A program made the position numbers and the translations under genes. A stretch of DNA of 62,471 nt, the filler included, from Choristocarpus tenellus KU-1152 (lineage: Eukaryota; Protista; Phaeophyceae): assembly GCA_964200185.2 (NCBI GenBank). It is 10 parts of 10 records of this genome, joined end to end, with 100 filler letters (N's around TTAATTAATTAA, not from the genome) between each part and the next. Parts side by side here need not be neighbours in the genome. Positions count along the whole stretch, not along the records: positions 39,305 to 46,994 come from CAXNAD020005747.1; positions 47,095 to 50,523 come from CAXNAD020020087.1; positions 50,624 to 58,406 come from CAXNAD020005582.1; 7 more parts are not named here. One strand, 5' to 3'. The notes under the pieces were generated by a model. The model worked only from the letters and a program-made list of their open reading frames with translations, did no database searches and was not told where the DNA came from. Below, piece by piece: positions 39,205 through 52,260 of this stretch (its first letter is position 1; each line of letters begins with the position of its first letter).

Positions 39205-41354
39205 NNNNNNNNNNNNNNNNNNNNNNNNNNNNNNNNNNNNNNNNNNNNTTAATTAATTAANNNNNNNNNNNNNNNNNNNNNNNNNNNNNNNNNNNNNNNN
39301 NNNNCCCAGATACTTTGACCCTCCCAGTAATACCTCTTATCACTGTCTCTCCTGGCTCCTCCTCATCATAGCCATGTAGGGGCAGTCCCCTCTCCCTGCG
39401 ATCATCGTTGTGTGCCACTATCGCCTCTCTAGCCCCATCCCCCTGTGTGCTTGTTCGGTTTACCGTCCGGGCTTCACCATCCTGCAAAGACGAGACCTGT
39501 CCGCCTATTCCCGAAGAGGAATGGTGTACTCTGCTTATGTTCCTCCCTTACCCGTGCCTAGCTCCTGGGCCGCCATCCCCATCCTCGATCACTTCCACCT
39601 TGTCCACATGTGAGCCCATTCCGTTCTCCATCCATCCTTCTCCGTTCTGTGAGATCGAAACCTGTGCGTCTATTCCTGGAGCTGGGTTAAACCCTCCACG
39701 AATACTAGTTCCTTGCCCCTTCCTGCCTCTTGCATCGTCGCCGCCTTCCTCCATCACCTCGAGAACCCCATCCCCTCCCCAATGTCCTCTTTATTATTAA
39801 GACTTAGGATGGATCTTTTTCATTTCTTTCATCTTCGTTTACCGTTTATTTGTTTTGGCTAGCAGAAGTTGGAATACATCTGAAAACCGTTGCAACATTC
39901 CTAAGTTACGGATCTTACTCTGCAACTTTTTAGCAAACCGGAATTCCTCTTCATAAGGTTCTCCACACGTGTATACTGCTCGCGCTTGTTAGAACGTGAG
40001 AAGAAATACTAGCACTATTCGCCGTAACACCATAGCACTATTCGCCCGTAACACCAGTTCCATCCTTCTTCATGTGGAGCACTCTGATGACTGCGTCCTT
40101 CCAGACATGTTGCAAGGCTTTCTAGACCCACCCACACAGCAATAACAATCTTGTAGAAACCCTTGAGGGTAGTCACTTCCTCCTTTAGACCAAATTTTAC
40201 AAGCTCAGGTGGAAGAATGTCTAGATGCATAGCCTTCACGTTTCCCATTGCCCAGAGTGCTTCATTCATCTCCATCACAATTGGTTAATCAGCAAGGAGG
40301 GCAATGGATGTGTGTTCAAGGATTTCAGCACTATTAGGGCTGAGATCAACTGACTTGGTATTAAGGAGGCACTGCTAAGTACCTCCTCCACCATTCCATG
40401 ATGGTAAGTGTTTGCTCTCTCTAGTATCTGCCCAGATTCATGACAGAAGTGCCGGGAGGCACTTATCCGATTCTCTTGACTTTTGAAGCATTTTAGGTGT
40501 TGATAGAAACCAGCTTGGTCCCATTGGTGGATAAAGTTTTACATCTATCCTCCTGTAGGTGTCAAGAAATTCCTGCAAAGCAGATACCCTCACCCATTTG
40601 AGCTCCTGCATTCGTCTTCAACACCTTATTCAAAGTGGAATTTTGAGGGTCTATGCCTAGTTGTTTCCGTGCATTTTCCCATTCCTTCCATTCTTTCCGC
40701 AAGTTGCTTGAGCTTGGTCACTTCTACAACCCTTTGGCAACACCCTCAGCGAAAGGGGCGGGAGGATTTCTGAGGCAGCTTCCAACAAATGGGCTGGATA
40801 TGAGGATGTTGTGTTGTTGACATTGGCAGGTACATCAATTGTAAGGTTGGTTGGCACTGCCTCTTTTGTCTCAAGGATTTCCCAGCAGCCATACTCACTA
40901 GATCAGACTTCAGAGGGCGACTAGACATAAGGGCTTGTCGGCTGAGAAAAATATGCCCCTTGTCATCTGACTGCATCTTACCATTGGGTGCATATCAGGG
41001 AGACGGACCGTGATATGGTGATCTGATTTCCATTGGCGAAACGGAGTGCCCCATCAAAGTGCATACGGACTCCGATCAACCTGAAGTGTCAGAACGCAAT
41101 CAAGACAAATATACCCCATTTCCCTGTATGTAGCCGACGTATGTATGGAACCCTTTCTCCTTAGTGAACTGAAAATGTGTCACTGTATGTCTTGACTCTC
41201 CTCATCACAATGCTGAAACCAATCTCCAATCCTACAAGTGGACTAGTAAGTAGTTTACCGTGGGGGAACCATCAGTGATGATGCAGCTATTACTACTATG
41301 ATCAGTCAAAGGATTCAGAAAGCTTGGAGTTGTTGCCGCAAAATACAGCCATTG

Positions 41355-42045
41355 CTTAAGATCCAGGTATCCATCTCACTTGAACGTAAGATGTGATGTT
41401 CAAAGCCGAAGTGCTTGTAGTTTGTTAAATGGTTGAATGGCGTGAACACTCCACCATGGTCATTACTGAAGGTCCGTTCTCTGCACCACAAGTTCCTCCT
41501 CTGCTGAATAGGTTCCATGAATGAGAATTCACCAATCATCATATCCTACCCAACACAAAGATACTCTTACGAAGACTGTATGTGAGAGTATTGAGGTCAC
41601 GATGTGCAAGCACAGGCTTCTATTTGCTGGGTCAGTTGCTTGCATGAGGGATGAGGAACTTCCCAAGATGTTGATTTTTGGGGAGGTTGCAGATGGAAAA
41701 TGAGAGCAAGGTGGACAGAATAGTACTTGTGGACATGCCTCAAAGGAATTGAGGGTTGGAGCACGAAGTGGCACTAACGAACAGGAGTGTTGTGAGTGTG
41801 CTTAACAGGACAAGAAGATTTGCGGTTGAAATCTGGATCTTCTTTTCTTTTTGGTCTGATTCTCTTCTATAGTTTGTTCTTTCTCTCCTATTCCTATTCT
41901 TCCTTACCATTTCTTGTTTTTTCTTTTCTTTTTTCTTTGACTGGACGTTTGTTTTTCTTGTATGGTCGTTGTTGCATTTTCTTGCTTTGTGGCTATTGTG
42001 TTGTTTGGAATGACGATTCCGACCAAGATCATTGGTGATTACCAC
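41355..42045 (+). mobile_element. 5'-truncated RTE-like LINE (RT C-terminal region plus T-rich 3' UTR)
   Basis: FKAEVL...HHKFLL...KDTLTKTVCESIEVTMCKHRLLFAGSVACMRDEELPKMLIFGEVADGK matches the RRLxxxGHVxRMxxxRLPKxxxxGEL pattern of RTE-clade LINEs. Similar 3' ends occur at about 2310-2500 (-) and about 47940-48002. Confidence 0.7.
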
Positions 42046-42592
42046 CAACTACAACTACAAATTTAATAGGGCTCATCAGCATACACCAAAGTCACAACGA
42101 CAATCGCTGCATCTCTCCATCCACACACCAATACAACTGAATATTCTACACCACAAGGGGGGGGGTGTTATCGCATCTCAGTCAGCAAACAATACATTCG
42201 TAGGTCCATCGCCATCCACGTTTTCGCCTGTGATTGCGCCGCCAGTACGCATGGCTTTGGTGATACACACAATGATAATATTGAACCACACATGTTGAAA
42301 TAGTCTCTTAACCAGAATTTCCTACAGGATCATGAAGACACAGAACTAAAGTGCACCAAAAGAAAATGGTATGGAAGACTAAGAACACACATAAACAGAG
42401 GGCACATATCCCAATGTCCTGCCTATAGCACAACATAAAAGATAAAACTTCCCACACCTGCAAAACAAGAGCATTGAGCGAATTCATCCATGTGTGAACA
42501 AACGTTGCATAACCCAAAGAAAGTATGGACATGGGGGTGTAAACTAAAGAAGAGTGTGAGGTCACAAATAAATTCGGAGTTAATGAAGTAAA

Positions 42593-42772
42593 GGCTCAAA
42601 GTATCTGGGGGGGGGGGGGTCTACCCCAGGGTGCCCATTTGGACCAAAACCAGGAAAAGTGCACTTACATTATCCATCCGATGCATGCAACCAAATCACC
42701 CAAAAATCGCTACATGGAAAAATGGGCCCCAAATGGACAGCTCCCCCCCCCTCCCCTCAGATACTTCGAGCC
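42593..42772. mobile_element. MITE family B copy, TSD AAA
   Basis: GGCTCAAAGTATCTGGGG...CAGATACTTCGAGCC, with AAA on both flanks. Confidence 0.85.
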
Positions 42773-44010
42773 AAAATTTGATTTACATATAATAAATTAT
42801 GTCAACATACTATCAGAATAAAGCAAAACGTCTACATGGGTACTAAAAGGACACCCCCACACCATCATGTCCAACTTTAGTTGAGCGTAAAGAGGTAAAT
42901 ATTTACAACTAGAGAAGGCCTGTCATATCCTACACAGGGGGTCAGGTGTCTATTCAGGGCCTGTGTGGACCTGTAGTGATTTTCCTGTCATCTGAGTGAA
43001 AGTATCAGGTGTAGGGGCAATTTCCTTCATTTGAGCACACCTTCCTTTTCCATCCCCCTACCTGAACCAAACCCGAAGGAAAGTCAGCTGCCAAACAGAC
43101 ATCAAACTGGGGTATCTTACAAAACCCCATCAAGCCCCCAATGGACAAACTGGGCTAGACACCCTCCCCCCTTCTAAGATACTATAGATCAAAAGCATGG
43201 AAATGCTGCATGCATGGGAATATAGAGTAGTAGAGACCATCTCCTGACCCGGCTAATTGGATTGTTCCTTGTCTTGTCCAGAACCAACTGCCCTGGGTTC
43301 TCCCTGGCGTGTGTCGTAGCTTTCTGGAAAAAGCTAGACATTCTGCACTTAGCTGTCATCCCATCTAACTTCACCATGAGGGTAGTTGACTAGCCCCACT
43401 CCGTGGTCAATTATGTACCTGGGTTGTTGTCTCGACACGGTGCCTCTTCTCAACTGTTCAAATCGGAACTACAGGCCCCTGCCCTCAGCACCAACAAAGA
43501 AGGGTACCCTCCTCCAACAGGTGTATAACTTTCAATGTCGGTTCTCAGAGTACGTGCTTTCCCGTCCTCCTCTCATTCTCCTTCCATCCACGCTGCCGTT
43601 CCTTCCACTCCTTGTGTTGGGCTTGGAGTGTATCATGCTCCTTCTTGTCCTTCTCTCATAGCAATTGGACAACCTTCCCAAACCCTTCCTGTGCAGCTGT
43701 GATCCTCGTGGCAAGGACTCCCTGCCATGTTCGCCTTCATTTAACCTACGGAGTGTACGGTTCTTTGTTCATCATTGACACTTGTATATGGCATAGACTA
43801 TCCCCCTGACGGCGGTATCCCCATTGTGACACAAAAAAGTATCTTTCCCTCACACAAACATTATTTTTAATTGTGGGATGTGTCCTCGTGGATTCATTGT
43901 CTGGAGAAGACAATGGGAGGTCCTCCAAGGGTCTGTCGGTTTAGACTCTGTGATGAACCTCTGTAGGTGTTGCTGAGGTTATTACAAGGAAGCTGGAGGA
44001 ACTCAGGGAT

Positions 44011-44268
44011 GAGTCAAAGTATCTTAGAGGGTAGAGCCGTGTCCATTTGGGAGCAAAATCCAATATTGCAATTTTGATGTAATTTTGGCTATCATGTTTG
44101 TTAGGAGATGTCAATAACCATTTTCCAAGCACAGCTTTTCATAACATAAACATTTTACCTACTCTAAAATATTTCGGAGTTGGAAAATGTAAAAAAACAA
44201 AACATGGGAAGCCAAGTCCCAAATGGACAAACAGGGCAAAACTCGTACCCTCTAAGATACTTTCACTC
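44011..44268 (+). mobile_element. MITE family A copy
   Basis: Near-perfect 23-bp TIRs; flanks GAT/GAA. Confidence 0.88.
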
Positions 44269-44319
44269 GAATGTCTAGGACCTATAGTTCCTGTCTGTAT
44301 TTGTGGGTCATGGACTTCA

Positions 44320-44497
44320 GACCCAAAGTATCTGGGGGGAGGGGGGAGTCTACACCAGGGTGTCAATTTGGACCAAAATCAGGAAAAGCGTATTTACATT
44401 ATCCATCCGACGTATGCAACCAAATCACCCAAAAATCACGAAGAGAAAAAATTGAGTCTAAATGGACAGCCGCCACCCCCCCCAGATACTTTGAGCC
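44320..44497. mobile_element. MITE family B copy, TSD TCA
   Basis: TIRs present, with TCA on both flanks. Confidence 0.85.
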
Positions 44498-44499
44498 TC

Positions 44500-44905
44500 A
44501 AGGACTTGTTGATAATGAGGTTCTCCAGCATGTGCTGCATGAACTTGTTGTCCTGGCTGGTATCTTGGCCTAGAAACATGAACCTGTGTATCTGCATCTG
44601 TCCCTGCGCTAGGCCTCTTCTCCTCAAGTTCTTCATCTGCATGGCACCTGGGAACATCGCGGGCACCAAAAGATTGAAGAATTCCTTCTGTGTCAAGTCC
44701 TGGTGACCAAGACTCTACTGGGATTGGAAGTTTACCACAAGTACAGCATGCCTGTCGCGTAGGAAGGCTATGGAATGCTTGTAATTGCAGGCCTGCCAAT
44801 TGTTGGTCTTGTGATTAACGAAGAAGTTCTTGTCGAAGTTCTTGAAGATGGCTCTCTCTGACAAGTGGGGAACTTCTCCATTTGCAGGAATAGCATCTAC
44901 CAAGA
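44500..44905 (-). mobile_element. Possible piggyBac-like transposase C-terminal relic, next to MITE insertions
   Basis: KTNNWQ...IAFLRDRHAVLVVN...DLTQKEFFNLLVPAM loosely fits the piggyBac pattern W...FxxLLDxAVVN...LTQKEFR. Confidence 0.3.
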
Positions 44906-45027
44906 AAAGTTCTATATCAATGATATGAACATATTGTTGTCAAAGGGGGGGACCAATGATCTGGCTGGGAGATGCCTAAATGACGCATGTGTAGAAAGGA
45001 AAAAGGTTGGGAAAAACTAACAATATG

Positions 45028-46320
45028 CTTCCTCCATTCGGAATTAAATGTAACATAAATTTCACAGCCCTGATGAAGAAGCAAGAGTCTTTTTCACATG
45101 TTATATTTCATGGGTATATTGTGCAAACAACAAAGATCGCCCACAAAAATATCAAGCAAATTGGGGCGGCCTACACCTATCTATTCTTCTGCTCCCAAAA
45201 CCTTCCAATATTCCGCTCCAGCACAGTATTTCACTGCATCCACTGGGGCATTCAGGGGAAGCTTGTCCGCTTTCTCAGCCTTTTCCTTCCTAAGGGAATT
45301 TTGAAGAAGTTGTCACCCTTGGACCCCAACACTTCACTGTAGACCTTGAAGAGACTCTGCTAGACACGCTCTAGTATCTCCCGGGGTTACATATCAAATG
45401 CCTTCATTTTGGCCTCCACCAACCCTCTGTAATGGTCACCCCACATCTTCCTTCAGTTGCTGGATGGAATGAAAGTATCCCAGGTCTTTGACATTGAGGT
45501 CAGGTGAGTTGACTGCCTAGGTGTCTATGACAATGTCGTCCCCCGCCACCTCCTCGATTGCCCCCATAATCCCCCCCTTGGTGTGTCGCTAAATGTGAAG
45601 CCCACCCTCTTGACTTTGTGCTGGTTGTAGGGACTGACTTAATCCAATTCTTGACCTTCGCATTTGCACATATCTCACAACAAGACCAGGGAGACCCCAG
45701 CTTTGGCCACCCATTTGTGGAAGGATGTGCTATATACCGATGGAACATCCCAAACATCTAGGATACTTGTACAGTGCCCACATCACCCCTTGCGACGTTG
45801 TACAAGGTCCATGCATCCACCCCATGCAATCTGACTGTCGTACTCCTTCAGATGACAGAGCATGACGACTTGGGAAATTCCGAAGTCCTTTGCGATGGCC
45901 GCTGAGTACCCCTGCGATATCCGATTCTCGCACCCACCCTCTTGCCTCCAGGCATCGTGCCACCACGCTGTTCTTCGCTGGGGTGTTAGAGTCTGGATCT
46001 CAGACAGACTTCTGGGTCAAAGAATTGGAACTGACGTGTGATGACGGGATGAGCGAGCTGCTTGAATGATGGGGGAACTTCATTATAGGTATCTCAATAG
46101 ACACCCGCTTTTACAGTTTCATGAGGTTTTTGTAACCTGTCAAATACGACTTGATTGACTTTGCACTGGTGATCCTTCACAGTCATGACAGCTCACCCTC
46201 CAGACTTTGCATGCCTCCCAATCTATATGAGAACTAACCAGATAGTTTATTACGGAAGTTGTTCCCATGCAAGAACAGAGCTTCCAAAGTCATGTTCTAT
46301 TTAATTCCGAACAGAGGAAG
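45028..46320 (-). mobile_element. Decayed Tc1/mariner (plant-mariner/DD39D-like) element with both TIRs
   Basis: TIR CTTCCTC(C/T)(A/G)TTCGGAATTAAAT is present at both ends, with TA on the right flank. The internal remnant NSPDLNVKDLGYFHSIQQLKED...ILERV*QSLFKVYSEVLGSKGDNFFKIP matches the mariner C-terminal catalytic region and carries stops and frameshifts. Confidence 0.78.
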
Positions 46321-46643
46321 TAGGTAAAAACTTCAATAGTGCGCCAAGAACCCATTCATTCCTTGTGTTTCTATTTTAGTTGCCCTTCACAACCTATCAC
46401 CTTTGCAGATCACTTGCAAATCTCAAGGGCAGACTTTGCTGTGGTTGATGCCATTGTGATGACTTAGTTACACTAATATTAACGTCCTTGTTTTAGTTAA
46501 GAAAGAACTATCCTTCTACAGTCACAACGAATTAATGGATCATGCTGTACAACAAGTGAACATAATTGTACCATTTGGGGATAAGGGTTCCAACACATTT
46601 ACCTATAATCTTGGATAAAAATTACTAGGATTATAGGTATGAA

Positions 46644-46951
46644 CTTCCTCCGTTTGGAATTAAATGTAACATTACATTTCCAGCCCTGATTAAGAAGCAT
46701 TCTTTTTCACATGTTATATTTTATGAGCATATTGTGCAGACACTAGAAGTTTGACCGCCTACTCAGCCTTTTCCTTGCGAAGATGGGGAATTTTGAAGAC
46801 GTTGTCATCCTTGGACTCCAGCACTTCACCGCAAACTGCGAAGAGGTTCTGCCAGACGTGCTCTAATGTCTCCCAGAGGTACACATCGAACGCTACCAAT
46901 TTGGGCTCTACCAACTCCTCTGTGTTGGTCACCCCAACATCTTCCTTCAGT
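46644..46951 (-). mobile_element. Second, partial copy of the same mariner (one TIR plus transposase C-terminus)
   Basis: It is a direct repeat of 45028-45460 with an internal deletion and begins CTTCCTCCGTTTGGAATTAAATG. Confidence 0.72.
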
Positions 46952-47112
46952 TAACAGGGGATTCGCAAAATTGAGGATGGAGCGGGACTATGAGNNNNNN
47001 NNNNNNNNNNNNNNNNNNNNNNNNNNNNNNNNNNNNNNTTAATTAATTAANNNNNNNNNNNNNNNNNNNNNNNNNNNNNNNNNNNNNNNNNNNNATGACG
47101 CCATCCCGAACA

Positions 47113-47297
47113 GACTCAAAGTCACTGGGGGGAGTAGGGGGGGTGTCTTCACCAGGGTGTCCATTCAGGTCCTGAACAGGAGAAGTGAACTTACATTATC
47201 CAACCGACGCATGCAACCAAATCTACCAAAACTCGCGACTTAGAAAAATGGACCCCGAATGGACAGCCGCCACTCCCCCCCAAAGATACTTTGTGCC
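47113..47297. mobile_element. MITE family B copy, TSD ACA
   Basis: Degenerate TIRs, with ACA on both flanks. Confidence 0.8.
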
Positions 47298-48682
47298 ACA
47301 CCTTTATAGGGCTCTATCCAATAACCGGCTAGCTTACATTTGAGCTTTTGCTCGCACTGTTGTTGCCCCTCTCTAGAAACGACCACCCCTACCACGGTAG
47401 AGGGAGAACCATGGACCGGATTCTCTTTCTCCATTCTTTTTCCTTCTCATTTTTCCTGCCTCTTTTGCTGCTTTGTTTTTTCCCATCCATTGTACTTGTA
47501 TTGATGTCTCTCCAGCAACGTGTATTACCTCCTTATGACTACCTTTCGACCTCAGGTCTTGGAACCCTTTGACTAATGTGAACGATAATAATACTGACAT
47601 TGATGTATCTTGTCATATACATACTGGGAGGTATACATACGGACTACTACCGCATGCTTTCAAAACAAATGACCAAGTGTATCAGTCGTTGTTGGTGTTA
47701 GATCTATTCCATGTTATCATTTCATGCCACCACAGCGACAGTGTCATCATATCTATTTATCCTTCCAAGACAAATACATCGGGGCTTTCCATTGCCCAGG
47801 TAGTTTACTATTTATTTTCTCTCTCTTTTCGCTGCCTTCTTTGCCTGGAAGTATTTCTTGCGCAGTACTTTCCAATTGTATTATAGGACTACATACGATC
47901 GTGTTACATCGTTTCATTTGTGTTGTTAAAATCAAGCGTTATGTATTTTGTCTTTCTTTCCTCTCACTATCTTGCGACCACGGACCTGGGACCCCTCACG
48001 ACTAATTGGAGGAAAATTATCATTACTGTTACATACTTTTTTGTAAAAAATATCACACCAATACGTAGTACTAGTCAAGGTTTGGTCCATGGCCTCGGGC
48101 TAGCCCTTGGACCGGACAATGTGAAACAGTGACGCCAAATATAAAAGAAGTCCTTTTTATCGAACCAGCCTGATTCTTCCAGTCCAGTCAAGATGGATAT
48201 GTCCCATAATATTCTCAAGCACACGTAGAAATGAACACCTTAAAATATGTATATATATACATGCATGTATGTATTCGTTCAGTCGTACCAGGTGCACTTA
48301 TTGTGATAAAAGTAGTAAGAGTCAGACCGTGACATCTTCGTTGTCTTATTCATCTGTATTTTGACCTGGCCGCAGGCTGGCCCACGACCTGATCCGTTTA
48401 CAATCTCTGACGGCCGAATGAAAAGTCCTGAAATATAATGCCCTTCACGAACTGCTACTACCCACAAAACATAACCAACAACTGCGCACAGCAGCAGCAG
48501 CAGCATCTGGTTGAATATCCCTCCGATCTAATAGCTGATCTCACCTTCATATTAATAATTAGGTGTTGCCACCTCATTTTCATTCATTGATTATGCTCAC
48601 CACTTCTGCTACTGTTAGTACTAGTATTATTACAAGCAAGTGAGAACACAGACCACGTGTGGGAAGAGAGAGAGGACGCAAT

Positions 48683-48947
48683 GAGTGAAAGTATCTTAGA
48701 GGGTATGAGTTTTGCCCAGTTTGTCCGTTTGGGGCTTGGCTTCCCATAGGTTTTTTATTACATTTTCCTACTCCGAAACATTTCGGATTTCGGAGTAGGT
48801 AAAATGTGTATGTTCTGATTAGATATGTCCCGAACAAGGATATTGACACTTCCTAACAAACACAATAGCCAAAACTGCATCAAAATCGCAACATTGGATT
48901 TTGATCCCCAAATGGACGCGGCTCTACCCTCTAAGATACTTTGACTC
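48683..48947 (-). mobile_element. MITE family A copy, TSD AAT
   Basis: Reverse orientation, with AAT on both flanks. Confidence 0.88.
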
Positions 48948-49170
48948 AATGCACCACATTCGCACAAACAAACTTCGAAAAAATACTGGCAGACAAGCGC
49001 ATTACACTCTTCTTCTCCAAGCTCCTGGAAAATGCAATACAAGCGGCAGAACCCATGGCAGTTTGAGCCATATTTGTCCGGGCTCCTCACCAACAAGCTC
49101 CGTTGGTCACAGAAATGCCGATTATATTCCACCTCAGAAAATTATATGCCCTTCACATTACAACGGGAAA

Positions 49171-49377
49171 GAGGTTTACCTACCAGGCACACAGGTGCCC
49201 AGGTTTATTGGGACACCCCATTCAATTTTTTTCCCTATCATTGTGCAATATGTTCTATTTTTTATTTTTCCTCTTGAGGGTTAGGGTTAGGGTTAGGGTT
49301 AGGGCTAGGGTTGGAATAGTTCATATGAATGGGGGTACTCCTATAAACTTTGGTGAGTGTGCGCCCAGTGAACCTCC
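49171..49377. mobile_element. Foldback element with internal (TTAGGG)n
   Basis: Imperfect inverted arms of about 50 bp (GAGGTT.AC...GCACAC...GTTTAT.GG...ACCCC.ATTCA) surround about 5 telomeric units at 49278-49312. Confidence 0.55.
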
Positions 49378-49479
49378 TCCATAAAAAAAATGAAAATTCC
49401 GTTCTGATCTTGAATTGTTCGTCCTTGGGTTATTGAAGTCTTGTGTTACAGGCGAAGAAGGTATCAATTCTATACATAT

Positions 49480-49508
49480 ATACATACATACATACATACA
49501 TACATACA

Positions 49509-49537
<29 letters not shown>
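49480..49537. repeat. (TACA)n microsatellite
   Basis: Directly visible. Confidence 0.95.
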
Positions 49538-49540
<3 letters not shown>

Positions 49541-50334
49541 GCACACAGTGCAGGTCGAGGTAGTGCAGCCAGAGTGCATATTAGTAGCGGTGCCTCTACT
49601 TCTTCTTCACCTTCTTCTTCGTCTTCTTCGCCTTCTTCAACTTGTCGCCTTATTCCTCTTCTTCTTCTCCATCATCAGGAGCTTCAAAAAATGCGATTTT
49701 TCTTATAGTTCTTGTACTCGAGGGTTGGGAGTGCCTAAAAATATGTGGAGTCGGTGGGTATGAAATAATACCAAACACTGAGCATTGTCTTATCCCTCCC
49801 CTGACACATTTGCAAAATGTCAGCGGCCATGAATATGATATAAATATACGCGTATACTGGACATTGTACATGTATTTATATGGTATGGTATGTGGTTACT
49901 GGCGAAATTGTACTTCTTGTAGAAACTTACTAAAGTCCATTGTGCTTTAAGCAAGGCCTGGTTGTGCTCCTGGGGGTAGCCTCTAGCTGCAACAGCAGGG
50001 TAAAGAAAAGGATGGTGGCATAGTCAATGGTGCATCATGCCCTCTGATATGAAAAATTCAATTATCTGTGGGCTGACAAATCTCTGGTTCTGTACTCCAT
50101 TTTTATAAGATTCAGGAGACACACGACCATTCTCTGTGTATATTTATTTGTGCATGTATACTATTTGTATGTTTTGTGCTCTGTTGAAATTGTATGGATT
50201 ATTGTATTAATGATATACCTCTTTTTGTCAAAATGCTTCTGTAGTTTTTGTTTCCTATTTCTCATGATGCCAAATAAATATAAAGGTTTCAGTATTGTCA
50301 GAATGGTATGACTGTGGTAGAAAACAATAACTCA

Positions 50335-50480
50335 CACAAATTCCACTTCCTTGCCGAGGCGCCCAAAACTTTCACCGCGAAGGTGTTGAGGTTATATCTA
50401 TGAGGATCAAAAGAGCCCTTATAGTGGGTGCGCTTTCGCGCCTCAACTGCAGCAGCAGCTACACCATTAACAGCCTCTCA
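50335..50480 (-). mobile_element. Relic of an RLE-type (CRE-like) non-LTR retrotransposon endonuclease region
   Basis: GVAAAAVEARKRTHYKGSFDPHRYNLNTFAV, then after a frameshift SFGRLGKE, resembles the AA..AE..K..KY...F.PFAVETxGxxG motif. Confidence 0.5.
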
Positions 50481-51979
50481 CCAAAATTGAGGATGGATCA
50501 TACTATGGAGGATGGGTTTGACCNNNNNNNNNNNNNNNNNNNNNNNNNNNNNNNNNNNNNNNNNNNNTTAATTAATTAANNNNNNNNNNNNNNNNNNNNN
50601 NNNNNNNNNNNNNNNNNNNNNNNCCCCAAATGGACAAACAGGGCAAAACTCGTACCCTCTAAAATACTTTAACTCTTAGGCGTGGAACACTCAATCAAGA
50701 ACAAAGCGTATATATGATCATGTAGTATGAATGCACGTACAAAATCTGGTGAAACGTTAACACTAATAGTCGAAAGTATCGTGTTGTCCAAGGTGCGCAA
50801 TAGGTGTGTGGTGAAGTGCAACATGATGTTATATCCTTTCCTCGTGAGCTTCTCTACTATCACTGTCAGTGTCTCTGCCATAGTCAGAGCCACCTTGCCC
50901 GTTCTTCGTGGGAGTACCAGTAGCAAAGCACCTCTAGCAGCAACAGCAGCAAACAGTTACAGTGGTTCCCTCTTGTTATTTGACTTTATGGGCAAGTTGC
51001 ATTGCAGTAGCAGGCGGACTAGCAGGAGCAGTACCAGTGTTCTCCTGTTTAATGTCATGCCTGTTTGTCTTCTCCTCCCTGAGCAGGCAGAGCATTTCTA
51101 GATGAGGTGGTGACTCACACGATTGGTGGTAGAGGAAGGGAATAGAGGAGACACGCCTGCTGCTACAGGTTATGTCGAACGTAGCAGGACAACAAGTGGT
51201 GATTTCAAGACGCGCATTGGGCGCTTCAAGTAGGAGACATTGGGCTAGTTGACGAAGGAGGATCTGACCTGGTCGTGGGATTCTTTCCCTTGCTTCTAGA
51301 TGGGCTGACATGGTGCAAGTCTCAGTTGAATGTGAGTGTCATCTATTGGTTGATAAGTTCGGATAAATTGAATATGAAATGCACAATAAATTTCACGGAA
51401 TATGTTTGTATATTATATTGAAATATGCAAATACTACATATATTCGCTGATGCTATGTAGTCTATTGATCGATTGATACACTTTAGCTTGACGCATGACG
51501 CAATGATGATCGAAATTTGACAGATAGATGCAGAGAGTCCTATCTATATGCTGTATTACATCATTTATGTATCAAAAATAAAACTAGAAATGGATACCCC
51601 ACATGGATATGAAAGTGATATGTTGAAATTGTGATGGAAAAAATAATATGCAACATGCTAGGGGATGGGGTTTTCAGGCAGAACAATATAAAAGGAGAAG
51701 AGATAAAAATAAAATACCTTTGACAAAATATATATTTTTTCAAAATGTAGTGTGCTGTTAACCCATGCTGAAATGGTACGTTGCGGATTACCTGTACATG
51801 TGGCAAAAGACAATGCATCCTGGACATTGCTCAAGCACAAACAAAGTGGTTCTGGAAGGTGCTGGAGTGACTTCAATGATGAGAGAACTTCCGTATCCGT
51901 AATCTTGTACACATTGCCCCCATTTACCACCATTTAGAAACATTCACATATGTTCCAGACCAACCACACACAGGTCCGT

Positions 51980-52260
51980 CTGTTTACAGGCGAATAGCGC
52001 GAGCATTTCTTATCGTGTTTTACCAAGCGCGAGCAGTATACACACGTAAGGATCTTACAAGAGGGACTCCGATTTGCTAGAAGATGCAGAGTAAGAATTG
52101 AAGTGCGAAAGTAATCTTACAGAATGAACACCGATTTGCTAGAAGTTGCAGAATAAGATTCGTAGCACATAGGTGACCTTACAGAATGAATGCCAATTTC
52201 CTTCAAGTTACAGAAAAGATTTGTAATTTGAGTACATATTCAACAGCTTCCAGTTGTCTT
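51980..52260 (+). repeat. LTR-like repeat containing about 62-bp tandem units x3; inverted homolog at about 39860-40052
   Basis: The two loci share GGCGAATAG...CAAGCGCGAGCAGTATACAC...TTTGCTA.AAG.TGCAGA.TAAGA. The homolog begins TGTTAC. Confidence 0.55.

Noticed and set aside
39322-39790. G/E-rich minus-strand frame as an upstream REV3 exon
   Set aside because: It is on a different contig, has an in-frame stop, runs into a MITE B end and has no REV3 motif.
44098-44706. 202-aa ORF and other ORFs ending in PSKILSL or YPLRYFD
   Set aside because: They are read-throughs of MITE A/B sequence and show no protein motif.
49278-49312. True chromosome end
   Set aside because: It has only about 5 units, is internal to a contig and lies inside an inverted-repeat element.
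50341-50450. Hairpin-rich segment (GCGCGAAAGCGC) suggesting an snRNA, ribozyme or 16S piece
   Set aside because: It has no complete snRNA or hammerhead core, and is better explained as a decayed non-LTR retrotransposon coding remnant.
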